A DNA stretch of 64,000 nt from Acidobacteriota bacterium (GTDB lineage Bacteria; Acidobacteriota; UBA890; WLXD01): positions 288,001 through 352,000 of the forward strand of contig CAXWPL010000004.1 of NCBI GenBank assembly GCA_963666215.2. The letters run 5' to 3'. Under the pieces are notes generated by a model. It was not told the DNA's origin. It saw only the letters and a program-made list of their open reading frames with translations, and searched no databases. Each line of letters starts with the position of its first letter. Position 1 is the stretch's first letter. The translations under genes and the position numbers were made by a program. Positions 18,974 through 28,552 of the stretch are shown piece by piece.

Positions 18974-19660
18974 ATGGACAACAGCATCCGCCTCGTAACG
19001 TTCGACGTTTACACGGCGCTTGCCGATCTCGAGGCCAGCTTGCTGCCTATGCTCGACGAAGTACGCGAGCTTTCGGGCGCCACGTGGGAAGCGGCCGCGC
19101 TGCTCAGCGTATGGCGCGCCAAGCAGATGGAGTACGCGCTGCTGTCGAACTCCCTCGATCGCGGCCGACCGCTGCTGCATGAGCTGACGCTTCGCAGCCT
19201 CCACTATGCCGCCGCTGAAGTGGGCGCCCAGCTCGCGGCGGAAGACGCCGCGGCGCTGCTTGCGGGCTGGGAACACCTCGTGTTGTGGCCCGAGGCGGAG
19301 GAAACGATCGCCGCCGTGCGGCGTCGCGGAACGGAGATCGGTGTTCTGTCGAATGGCGACGAGAACATGCTGGTTGCTCTCGTCGAGCACTGGAAGATCC
19401 CGTTCGATCACATGTTCTCGGCACAATGGGCGCGCGCCTACAAGCCGCGCCCCGAAGTCTATCGTTTGCCGTGCGACGAGCTCGGGCTCGAGCCCGGGCA
19501 GATCCTCCATGTTGCCGGCTCGGCGACCGATGTCATGGGGGCCAAGGCGGCCGGGCTCCGCTGCTACTGGTCGAATCGCGTCGGCGATCGAGTCACCGAC
19601 GCCGCACTCGTGCCCGACTACGAGGCCGAAGACCTCTACGGCCTCCTCGACAACATCTGA
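18974..19660 (+). CDS. Haloacid dehalogenase type II-like HAD hydrolase
   Basis: FDVYTAL motif I, WRAKQMEY, LSNG, YKP.P.VY, HVAGS.TDV.GA. Confidence 0.88.
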   Translation: MDNSIRLVTFDVYTALADLEASLLPMLDEVRELSGATWEAAALLSVWRAKQMEYALLSNSLDRGRPLLHELTLRSLHYAAAEVGAQLAAEDAAALLAGWEHLVLWPEAEETIAAVRRRGTEIGVLSNGDENMLVALVEHWKIPFDHMFSAQWARAYKPRPEVYRLPCDELGLEPGQILHVAGSATDVMGAKAAGLRCYWSNRVGDRVTDAALVPDYEAEDLYGLLDNI

Positions 19661-19677
19661 ACGCCCCGCAGGACCGT

Positions 19678-22600
19678 CTAGCGGCGTTGCCGAGCGCTCT
19701 CGACGAGCTGACTCCGGCAGAGGGTGGCGAACCGGCGCTGTTCGTTGCCGTTCGGAGCACCTTCGGCGCATGCCCGCCACGCCAGCCGTGCCTCGTTCGC
19801 TCGGCCCATTGCCTCGAGCGCGCGACCACGCCAGTACTCTGCCTTGGCCTCGCGCGGTTCGTGCGGACGGCCTACGTTGAGGTTGGCTGGATAGGTGAGC
19901 GCGGCCTCGAAGTTGGCCAGGGCCGCCGATAGGCTCCCCGACTCGAACTGCCGTTTGCCACGCTCGAGGTGGGCGTTCGAGAACACCGCCCAGGAGCCGC
20001 GATTGCCCTCCCAGTTCGAGAAAGAACTGGCCGACAGCATATCGATGGCGTCGCTGTAGCGCTCCACGTCGACGTAGGTCTGGGCGAGCAAGATGGCAAC
20101 GTCACCGCGGCTCGACATCGATCCCGAATCTCCTGCTCCCCCGCCGTCGCCACCGCCAACGCCCGAGCTCTTTTCCAGGACACCGATGGCTTCGTCGTGG
20201 CGCCCCTGCTCAATAAGAACCGTCGCCAGGTCGCGCACCACGACCTGGTCGCTTGGCCGGCCGGCGTGGGCTGTGGCGAGCCAATCCACGGCCGAGGCGA
20301 GGTCACCGTCCAGCTTCCAGGCCACCATGCCGAGATTGCGGGCGGCGAGCGTCAACGACGGGTCGAGGCGAGCGGCCGCCGCCCATGCCACCGGGGCCTC
20401 GGCGAGCCGGCCGAGTCCGGCGAGCAGATTTCCGAGGTAGAGATGTGTGCGCGCGTCGTCGGGCCGCCGGTCGATGGCCCAGCGGAAGACGGTGAGCATC
20501 TCCGGTCGCGACGGGAATACCGCGTCGGCGTCGATCGTCGCCGCCTGTCGAAGCAGCCCGTCGACCCCATCCTCGCTGACTTGCCGACCCGCGTGCGTGG
20601 CCCGTTGGGCCTCGAGCCAGGCAAGCATGTAGAGCGGCAACGGACGCGCGGTGGCACCGCCGCTACGCCCCTCGGTCGACGCTCCAACCCTAGAGCCAGT
20701 CGGCTCGCCCGCAGAACGATTCGGCTCGCCCGCAACTAAGCGGCTGGCGAGCTCGAGGCCGGCGCGTAGCAGCTCAGAGGCTTCGTCGAGGCGCCCGAGA
20801 TCGGCGAAAGCCCACGCCAGCTCCAAGACGGCAAACTCATCCTCCCCAGTGAAGTCCGCGAGGCGCTGCGCAAACGACGCGAGGCCATCCGTCGCTGGTG
20901 CGGAATCGAGGGCGGCGAGCGCCGCCACCGCGTGAGCCACCGGCCGTAGCGTGCCGGAGCTGATCTGGTTGTTCGCCATGCGTTCCGCTTCCTGAGAGCG
21001 TCCCGAGGCGAGCAGGGCGATCATGAGGCCCTCGTTCGCGCGCTCCCGCCCGCCAGCGGCAAGTGCCGCTTCGAACGCCACGACCGCCTCAGCCGCCTCT
21101 CCTCGGCGCATCAACACGCGGCCCGCCAACTCGTGGCCCAGCGCCGCGGTGCCAAAGCGCGCTGCGGCCGCGCGCGCGTGGCTCTCGGCCACGGCGAGCT
21201 CGCCGCGGTGCAAGGCGGCGACTCCTCGCAAGTACCAGCGCATGCCCGCGGGCGTTGAATCCGGGTCGCGCTCCAGCGCCTCGAGCAGACGCGACTCCGC
21301 GGCAACGTAGCGCCCGGCCTCGATGTCGAGGATGGCAAGCGCGGTCAGCGTTGGCGCGTGCCTGGCATCGGTCTCGAGAACGGCGCGATAGAGCTCGCGA
21401 GCTCGCGCGCGGTCGCCCTTGCGATCGGCGTCCTGTCCGCGCAAGTAGAGACGCTCAACGGTCGCAGACGCCGGAGCGCGTCGGCGCGTCGGCGGAGCCT
21501 GATCCGGCACCTGCAGCGGCGAGTCGTACTCGAGAAGCACCCGACCGTCGTGGTCGGTCAGCCGCACGTGCACCCGCTGCGCGGGATCGATCGGCAACCG
21601 CACAACGGCGGGGTGCAGCGGCGAAAGATCGATGGTCTCGGCGTAACGAGCCCGATCCGCATCCGAGGCGAGACCGGCGCCGGACGCAGCGCCGGAGTTG
21701 GCGTCGTCGGAGCCAGGAGTCGTGCTCTGTGGCGTCAGCTCCCACCGCGCTCCGGGTGCCTCGACGGTCGTCAGCAGCCTGAATTCAACTCCTTCTGACG
21801 CGTTCTGCCGACCTCCTCCTGCAACAACACCCGAGGCGAAGGCCGCCGCTCCCCCTCGCCGCTGCACCGCCGCATGGCGAGTGGCGTACTCAAAACCGTC
21901 GCCGAGCCCCGCAACCGGGTACCAGACCTCCTGCCACGAGACCTCCTGGCCCGGGGCGAGAAACGCGAAGTCGGCCTGCGTGGGCAGCGGCCCGCTCTGG
22001 ATTTCGATGTAGGGACCGTCGTTGTCGGTGAGCACCGACTGGCTCGCCAATCCCCCCTCGGCTTGTCCCCATGTCCAGGCCTTCTTGCCGGGCAGTATTC
22101 GATGGTCGGCAACCTGCACAACTCCGTAGTCGCGGTCGACGTCGTAGCCACCGAAGAAATCGAACACGGCGTTGTGCGCAAACACCGACGTTGGCGCGGG
22201 ATAGTTACGCAGCCAGGTCAGGTCGCGACCCTCGTGCTCAGGCCAGGAAAAGAAGTTGACGCCGTCGTGATCGCTGCCCAACGACATGGGATAGATGAAG
22301 CGCGTACCAGGACGGTTGGGGAACGCCGTGTTGTTCCAGAAGTAATACGGATGAAAGCCGTCGGTCGGGTTGAACAGACGAATCCGCTCGTCGAGTGCGG
22401 CGCTGTCGGGGTGCAGCGTCAGGCGCACCTCCCAACCCGTACGGAAGTTCATCTCGGTATTGCCAATCAACAACGAGGCGGAGCCATCGACGTTCTCCAC
22501 AGGGAGGACGTCGACGGGAGAGAAGCTCGTGACCGTGTGCCCCTGGGGCCCGCGATTCCACTCGATGCCAGCCGAGACCCAGGCGCCGCGCAGCGCGATG

Positions 22601-23757
22601 AGACCGGGCTTGATGACTCGATTGCGGTAGAACATCTCCTCGCCGCGCACCTTGTCGTACACCGACTGGATGCGGCCACCGATCTCGGGCAGGCACATCA
22701 CGCGCAGGTAGCGGTTTTCCAGAAACAGCGCGCGATAGGTGCGGTTGACGAGCTCGGTCGAAAGCGAGTCCTGCATCGTGTAGGGGTAGATGGGCGACCC
22801 CTCGAGCTCGAAGAAATGCGGGTTCGGGTCGCTGGCGCGGAGCGGGTAGGTTGGAATGACGACCTCCTCACTCCACACGCGGGTGCCCGAAAGAAGCTCG
22901 CCGTGCTCGTTGCTCGGCCCGGCATCGGCCACCGACTGCGGCTGGGCCGGCGCTTCGAAGACCATCTCGCGGAAAGCCGATGGCACGTGGAAGTCACGCG
23001 GTCGCGTTGGTGACCAGGCGGCGTAAATCGCGCCGCGCTCCGGATCGCTCGAACCTCCGGGACGCTCGATGCGGTAGACGTTGAACCTCCACCGGTCGCC
23101 GGCGACGGGTATCCGCGGTGCCACCGACGATGGCAGGCTCGCCAGCCCCGACCAGGGCAGCAACGCGACCGCGGTCCAACCCGCCGCACCTCCATCCTCG
23201 CCGACGCGCTCGCGCACCTCGCTGCGAAGGCCGGCGAGGTCCCAGTCGATGTCGAGCTTCTTGGCGGGCTCCACGGCCACGACGTGCACGTCGGTGATCA
23301 CGTTGGCGGGGCTGATCTCGACCTCGGCGTAGTGATCGCCCGAGCCGTCGGGATCGAGAAAGATCTCGACGACCTCTTCGTTCCAGAGCGGCCCGTCGTC
23401 GAGCTGTTCGGTGTGCCAGGGATCGGCGTCGTCGACATCGAAGCGAACCCAGAGCCCGTCGGGCGCGCGCAGCGCGGCGAACCTCGTGTGCGCCTCGGCC
23501 GGTCCCCAATCGATGCGCTCGGCCGTCGACCAGGCCTCGTCGTCGCCCGCCCGCAGGGCTTCCGGGGTCGCCACAACAGAGCGCACAGAATATGCGTTGC
23601 TGTCGGCCACGCCTCGGCGCGAAGTCGCGTGCCCCATCTGAGTGGAACGAGCCGAGCTCGACGATCGGTCGGGAGCGGCGCTCGATGGAACGGTGCCGGC
23701 GCAAGCGACCGCGCCAAGGCCGAGCATCCAGCACAGTGTCCTGAACACGATCTTCAT
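19678..23757 (-). CDS. Lipoprotein with CBM9-like domain, DUF5107 and TPR repeats
   Basis: Lipobox LGAVAC; LWNEEVVEIFLDP...WRFNVYRI...DFHVP (CBM9-like); VIPTYP...LENRYL.V..LPEIGGRI...GIEWN...GKKAWTWG (DUF5107); Ala-rich TPR C-terminus. Confidence 0.85.
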   Translation of the reverse strand: MKIVFRTLCWMLGLGAVACAGTVPSSAAPDRSSSSARSTQMGHATSRRGVADSNAYSVRSVVATPEALRAGDDEAWSTAERIDWGPAEAHTRFAALRAPDGLWVRFDVDDADPWHTEQLDDGPLWNEEVVEIFLDPDGSGDHYAEVEISPANVITDVHVVAVEPAKKLDIDWDLAGLRSEVRERVGEDGGAAGWTAVALLPWSGLASLPSSVAPRIPVAGDRWRFNVYRIERPGGSSDPERGAIYAAWSPTRPRDFHVPSAFREMVFEAPAQPQSVADAGPSNEHGELLSGTRVWSEEVVIPTYPLRASDPNPHFFELEGSPIYPYTMQDSLSTELVNRTYRALFLENRYLRVMCLPEIGGRIQSVYDKVRGEEMFYRNRVIKPGLIALRGAWVSAGIEWNRGPQGHTVTSFSPVDVLPVENVDGSASLLIGNTEMNFRTGWEVRLTLHPDSAALDERIRLFNPTDGFHPYYFWNNTAFPNRPGTRFIYPMSLGSDHDGVNFFSWPEHEGRDLTWLRNYPAPTSVFAHNAVFDFFGGYDVDRDYGVVQVADHRILPGKKAWTWGQAEGGLASQSVLTDNDGPYIEIQSGPLPTQADFAFLAPGQEVSWQEVWYPVAGLGDGFEYATRHAAVQRRGGAAAFASGVVAGGGRQNASEGVEFRLLTTVEAPGARWELTPQSTTPGSDDANSGAASGAGLASDADRARYAETIDLSPLHPAVVRLPIDPAQRVHVRLTDHDGRVLLEYDSPLQVPDQAPPTRRRAPASATVERLYLRGQDADRKGDRARARELYRAVLETDARHAPTLTALAILDIEAGRYVAAESRLLEALERDPDSTPAGMRWYLRGVAALHRGELAVAESHARAAAARFGTAALGHELAGRVLMRRGEAAEAVVAFEAALAAGGRERANEGLMIALLASGRSQEAERMANNQISSGTLRPVAHAVAALAALDSAPATDGLASFAQRLADFTGEDEFAVLELAWAFADLGRLDEASELLRAGLELASRLVAGEPNRSAGEPTGSRVGASTEGRSGGATARPLPLYMLAWLEAQRATHAGRQVSEDGVDGLLRQAATIDADAVFPSRPEMLTVFRWAIDRRPDDARTHLYLGNLLAGLGRLAEAPVAWAAAARLDPSLTLAARNLGMVAWKLDGDLASAVDWLATAHAGRPSDQVVVRDLATVLIEQGRHDEAIGVLEKSSGVGGGDGGGAGDSGSMSSRGDVAILLAQTYVDVERYSDAIDMLSASSFSNWEGNRGSWAVFSNAHLERGKRQFESGSLSAALANFEAALTYPANLNVGRPHEPREAKAEYWRGRALEAMGRANEARLAWRACAEGAPNGNEQRRFATLCRSQLVESARQRR

Positions 23758-23916
23758 ACTCGAGCTCCGGTGCCTCAGGCTGACAGGCAGAGTGCCGATG
23801 GACGCTGGCGACTCGTCGCGCGATCCTAGCAGCCGCAGCCCCAATCCCGCCTAAAAACGCAGGCCGGAGCGATTTGACCGAACGTTCTGGGTCGCGTCAC
23901 CGTCTAAGCTCCCGAC

Positions 23917-24959
23917 ATGTCCCAGCACGACAGCATCACGAACGACCCCAGCAGCCCACGGTTCGAGGAGGAAACGCGGCGCTACCTGCAGCACCGACTG
24001 CGTCTGCTCGCCGGCGCGGTGGCGCTGCTGACTGCCGTGCTGGGCGTAGCGTTCGTCGCATCGCTGGTTGGGCGCACCGAGGGGCCCGTATGGCGGGTTC
24101 CAATGGAGTTCGCGACCGTATTCCCGAACTCGGTGCTGTTCTGGATGATCGTGTCGACCGCCACGATTTTCGAAATGCTGCGCCGCCGCGCCTGGTCGCC
24201 GCCTTGGCTCGCGGTCATCGACGGAGCCCTGCTGCTGGCGCTGATCGCCCCTTGCCTGATCCTCTACGGCCTGCTGCATTCGTACTCGTGGTCGGGATTC
24301 TCGGCGGTTATCCCCTTCCTGACTCTGTTCGTGCTGGCGCGTCCGAAGCTCACGGCCTGAGGCTCGTGCACCGCGACGTGAAGCCGGCGAACATCGCGTT
24401 GTGCGAGCGCGGCGGTGAGTTCGACATCGTCAAGCTGCTCGACTTCGGGCTCGTGAGGGAGCTGCGCACGGGAAACGGCGACTCGTCGGACCAGCTCTTC
24501 GCCGGCACACCCGAAACGATGCCGCCGGAGGCCACCAATCCGTCCGCGATCGGTCCGCGATCCGACCTCTACTCACTCGGTTGTGTGGGTTACCACCTGC
24601 TGACGGGCGAGCCCGTCTTCGGTGGCGGCGACACCACGGGTGTGATCGCGCGTCACCGCACCGAAACCCCACCGCTGCCGTCGACCGTTCAGGGCGGTAT
24701 ACTCGCCGACCTCGAAGCGATCGTGATGCGGTGCTTGGCCAAGAACATCGATCAGCGACCGCTGAGCGCGGCCGCGATGCGCGATCAGTTGGCGGCCTGC
24801 GCCGACGCTGACGCATGGAAACAGGCCGACGCGCGCAGATGGTGGGCGAAGCATCCGCAGCTGTTGAAGTCGGAAACCGACGGGGAAGGCACGCCGCGAA
24901 GCTCCGGGTTGACCAGCGCGTTGACGATTGTGGCGCTCGACCCACCGACGCCCGATTGA
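23917..24959 (+). pseudogene. Membrane Ser/Thr protein kinase with internal deletion
   Basis: The N-terminal TM segment (23917-24340) joins out of frame to EAH..LVHRDVKPANI...KLLDFGLV...GTPE.MPPE...SDLYSLG. The N-lobe (GxGxxG, VAIK) is missing. Confidence 0.8.
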
Positions 24960-25097
24960 TACCGGGCAAGTTGCCTGTGGAGCGTCAGGCGGAGCCGCGA
25001 GCGCGGCTCGCCGCGCTAGAGCAGAGGTTATGATCGCCGGCAGCGTCAACTGACAGCACATCGTGCGCAACCCGCAAGCACCCGGCTCGAGGAACAC

Positions 25098-25604
25098 ATG
25101 CGGTACCCGATTCTCTTCGCAATTTTGACTGGCCTCTGCTGGGGCTTCTACGGGCCCACGCTCGCCGAAGCTCGAGCCTCACTGCAGAGCCCGTTCAAGC
25201 CGTACTTCGCGATTGGCATCGCCTATCTCGTTTGGGCAACGGTCGGCGGCCTGATCGGCATGCGAATCAACGGCGACGCGCTGACGTTCACCGGCTCCGG
25301 CTTTTCGTGGGGGTTCGCCGCCGGCACGCTGGGAGCTTGGGGCGCGCTGACGCTCACACTGGCGATGTTCTCCGGCGGCACGGCGATGCCGCAAATCGTC
25401 ATGCCTATTGTCTTCGGCACAGCGGTGACGGTGGCGGCGTTGACGGCGCTGGCCACGGTGAGGAACGCTCAAGCGAGCCCCGGCCTGCTGGTCGGGATTC
25501 TTCTCGTATTTGTCGGTATCGTATTGGTGGCGTACAACACGCCTCATGCTGGTCCGCCAGGCGCCGCTCGCACCGCGGTCGCTTCAGACCGGTCCGGATC
25601 GTGA
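25098..25604 (+). CDS. Small multi-TM membrane protein (DMT/EamA-like hypothetical)
   Basis: About five hydrophobic segments; CWG.YGP...KPY..IG.AY...VMP.VFG pattern. Confidence 0.75.
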   Translation: MRYPILFAILTGLCWGFYGPTLAEARASLQSPFKPYFAIGIAYLVWATVGGLIGMRINGDALTFTGSGFSWGFAAGTLGAWGALTLTLAMFSGGTAMPQIVMPIVFGTAVTVAALTALATVRNAQASPGLLVGILLVFVGIVLVAYNTPHAGPPGAARTAVASDRSGS

Positions 25605-25648
25605 ACCACCGCAGCTCGCAAGTCCGCGAACTCGAATGGAGGAACCCG

Positions 25649-26185
25649 ATGAACCAGCCCACCAGCCTGATTTTCCGCAGCACCCACGGACGTAGGTTCC
25701 TGATTGCTGTCGTCGTCACCTTCGGGCTCGTCGCGGCAGGCTGCGCCGCGGAGGGCGACACCGGAGGCTCAACGAGCGCGGTCCGCTCCACACCGGCGCA
25801 GTTGGTCGATGCCGGCGGTACGCATGTGACCATGTACCAGAATCCGAGCTGCGGCTGCTGCGGCAAATGGGCGAGCCACATGACGGCCAACGGCTTCGAC
25901 GTTGAGATCATCAAGATGTCGAGCATCGGCGACATCAAGGAGGAGCACGGTCTCAACGCGGCGATCGCCTCTTGTCACACGGCGCTGGTTGACGGCTACG
26001 TCGTCGAGGGCCATGTGCCGGCCGATCTCGTTCTCAAGATGCTCGAGGAGCGTCCGGAGGTTGTCGGCATCACCGCTCCCGGCATGCCCGCTGGGTCGCC
26101 CGGCATGGAGTCGGACCACCCCGAGTCGTACCACGTGCTGACGTTCGACGCGGAAGGCAACACGAAGCTCTTCGCCGCCAGGTGA
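25649..26185 (+). CDS. DUF411 (CopG-like) periplasmic metal-binding lipoprotein
   Basis: PSCGCCGKW, SCHTA, EGHVP, PGMPAGSPGM; lipobox VAAGC. Confidence 0.92.
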   Translation: MNQPTSLIFRSTHGRRFLIAVVVTFGLVAAGCAAEGDTGGSTSAVRSTPAQLVDAGGTHVTMYQNPSCGCCGKWASHMTANGFDVEIIKMSSIGDIKEEHGLNAAIASCHTALVDGYVVEGHVPADLVLKMLEERPEVVGITAPGMPAGSPGMESDHPESYHVLTFDAEGNTKLFAAR

Positions 26186-26544
26186 TGCGCGCGGGGCGCG
26201 GCGCGCCGCTTGCCGCGCTCTATGCCGGTCTGCTCTTGGCGCAGTCTGCCCTCGCACAATCGGGGCAGGTCGCGCTGACCGATCAGGTGAGTGGCACACG
26301 CGCGTTGCTGCAAGCCGTGAGCGTCCGAGCCCGCGCGTCGCTCATCGACCTGCTCAACGAAACTCGCCGCCAGCTCGTTGTCGACTTCGCGATCTGGGCT
26401 GGCGGACGCCCACTCTTCGGCGCCAAGCCAACAGCCTCGGCTGTCGCCCCGGGCCTCTACCATGTGGTGTTGACCGTTGGCGACAAGCGGTTCGTGCAAA
26501 CACTCAGGGTGCGGGCCGATCCGCTGGGCTCGACTCGGCAGTAG
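26185..26544 (+). pseudogene. Probable deletion chimera of secreted BNR-type genes
   Basis: Signal peptide plus QVSGTRALLQAVS (start of YCF48/BNR-like proteins) joined to PGLYHVVLTVGDK..VQTLRVRADP (typical C-terminus of large BNR hydrolases). Confidence 0.45.
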
Positions 26545-26803
26545 ATGCGGCGTCGCTCGACGGCGGCTGTGCATTGGCGGCGCGACCGACAGCCGACTGC
26601 GCCTTCTCCTTGATCGTCACGAGCCAGCGGCGCGCAAAAGCGAACTCGAGCCCCAGAATCGCCAGCCCCGCCGGAATGACGACGAACGCGGGGCCGGGCA
26701 GGACGAGCAGAGCAAGTCCGATGATCACGACGCTCGCGCCCACGACGGCGACGACGACCCGTCGGGCCGTCTTATAGGTCACGACGATCGTCTCGCGAAG
26801 CAT
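26504..26803 (-). CDS. PGPGW-domain small membrane protein
   Basis: VG.SV..IGLALLVLPGPAFVVIPAGLAILGLEFAFARRWL. Confidence 0.85.
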   Translation of the reverse strand: MLRETIVVTYKTARRVVVAVVGASVVIIGLALLVLPGPAFVVIPAGLAILGLEFAFARRWLVTIKEKAQSAVGRAANAQPPSSDAASTAESSPADRPAP

Positions 26804-26928
26804 CGGGCGATGTTACTCGAACAGTGAGAGACGGCGGCGCGGTGGCAATAACCGCGGCACGGCAATAGCCACACGCATGTGGATAGACGGAACACGGGCT
26901 CCGAGAGTTCCCGGGCCGGTCCGCGACG

Positions 26929-27333
26929 TCAGGCCGGTCGCGCCCAATTCAGGCGCTCTAGGAGCTGATGCACGCCCTCTCGAGCCAGCACCAGGGCGTG
27001 CACTTTCATCGGCGGTAACGATCCGAGCACGGCCAGGATCGCCTCTTCGTCGATTCCCCAGGCCACTTCGGCGTCGGCGCCGTTGAGGATCTCGGTTACC
27101 ACCGACGAGGCCGCGATCGCCGCGGCGCAGCCGTAGGCCTTGAAGCGCGCCTCGACAATGCGATCACCGTCGACCCGCGCGCTCAGGCGCAGCATATCGC
27201 CGCACACAGGATTGTGGGCCAGCGAGAAGGCGTCGGGATCCTCGACCTCGCCGAGATAGCGGGGGTTGCGGTAGTGATCTTCGAGGCCGTTGATCAATGG
27301 AGCAGGTGGCTCACCGTCGTCCGTGGGCATCAT
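26929..27333 (-). CDS. IscU/NifU-N-like Fe-S scaffold protein
   Basis: HYRNPR.LG, NPVCGD, ARFKAYGCAAAIAASS, LPPMKVH. Confidence 0.88.
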   Translation of the reverse strand: MMPTDDGEPPAPLINGLEDHYRNPRYLGEVEDPDAFSLAHNPVCGDMLRLSARVDGDRIVEARFKAYGCAAAIAASSVVTEILNGADAEVAWGIDEEAILAVLGSLPPMKVHALVLAREGVHQLLERLNWARPA

Positions 27334-27538
27334 CGTTCGCAAGCTGAGAGAATAGCGCGGCATTGTCAGGCCCCAACGTAGGGACGGCCACAATCCCGGT
27401 CAAGCATCCCGTCTCCCCTGTTCGCCACGCCCGCAACACGCCCACTGGTGTGGGCAACGCCATCCGGCGACCCTCTCGGAAACCTCGCTGCTTGAAACTC
27501 CTTCGCGCGCTGGCCGTTATAGCGGTGGAGGATTCGCC

Positions 27539-28552
27539 ATGAACGTCCCAGAAAATGTCATCGAAACGAGCGGCCTGACCAAAACCTATGGCGGCGGATT
27601 CGCCACCCGGGTCGAGGCTTTGCGCGGAGTCGATATCAAGGTGGGACCTGGCGAGGCTTTCGGGCTTCTGGGACCCAACGGGGCCGGCAAGACCACTCTC
27701 GTCAAGATCTTGCTCGGGTTGGTGCACGCCACGAGTGGAGGCGCCGAGCTTCTCGGCACGCCAGCCGGCAATCCTGCGGCCCGCATGCGAGTCGGCTACA
27801 TGCCTGAGCGACGGTCCTACCCTGAGTTCCTCACCGCGGCGCAGGTGCTGCAACTATTCGGTCGCATGATCGGGATGTCTCCCGACCTCTTGCGCGCTCG
27901 AATCTCCGCGGTGCTCGAAGAGGTGGAGATGTCGGACTGGCGCGACAGCAAGGTCGGTGGCTTCTCGAAAGGCATGCAACAGCGGCTCGCGCTCGCTCAG
28001 GCGCTCCTCCCCGACCCCGAGCTGTTGTTTCTCGACGAGCCTACCGAGGGAATCGACCCGCTCGGGCGTGTTTCGATTCGCCGCATCCTGCGTCGCAACC
28101 TCGAGAGCGGCAAGAGCCTGTTCGTGAACTCACACATGCTCACCGAGGTCGAGATGCTGTGCGACCGGGTGGCGATTCTGGTGAAGGGCAAAGTCGTGCG
28201 CTCCGGCCCGCTTGCCGATTTGACGTCACCCGTGGCGCAGTACCGCGTAACGGCGGGCACCGAGGACGAGAGCGCGGCACGTGCGGCGCTCGCCGCCGTC
28301 GACGAGGCCGTGGAGTCGCTACCGGCGGCCCCCGGACTGAGCGCCTGGAAGCTCACTGTTACGGATCGCGTGCAGTTGAACGCGGCGCTCGATCGGCTGC
28401 GCGCCGCGCGCATCGAGATCGAAGAGGTACAACGCGTGCGCGCCAGCCTCGAAGAGGTATTCGTGGAAACCATCGCCGCCGCGGCCAAGATCGACAGTGA
28501 CGCGGGGGGCCCCGGTGGCGTCAGGAGCTCCGGCGGAGGGGTGGCCTCATGA
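27539..28552 (+). CDS. ABC transporter ATP-binding protein
   Basis: Walker A GPNGAGKT, signature FSKGMQQR, Walker B LFLDEP, H-loop NSH. Confidence 0.95.
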   Translation: MNVPENVIETSGLTKTYGGGFATRVEALRGVDIKVGPGEAFGLLGPNGAGKTTLVKILLGLVHATSGGAELLGTPAGNPAARMRVGYMPERRSYPEFLTAAQVLQLFGRMIGMSPDLLRARISAVLEEVEMSDWRDSKVGGFSKGMQQRLALAQALLPDPELLFLDEPTEGIDPLGRVSIRRILRRNLESGKSLFVNSHMLTEVEMLCDRVAILVKGKVVRSGPLADLTSPVAQYRVTAGTEDESAARAALAAVDEAVESLPAAPGLSAWKLTVTDRVQLNAALDRLRAARIEIEEVQRVRASLEEVFVETIAAAAKIDSDAGGPGGVRSSGGGVAS

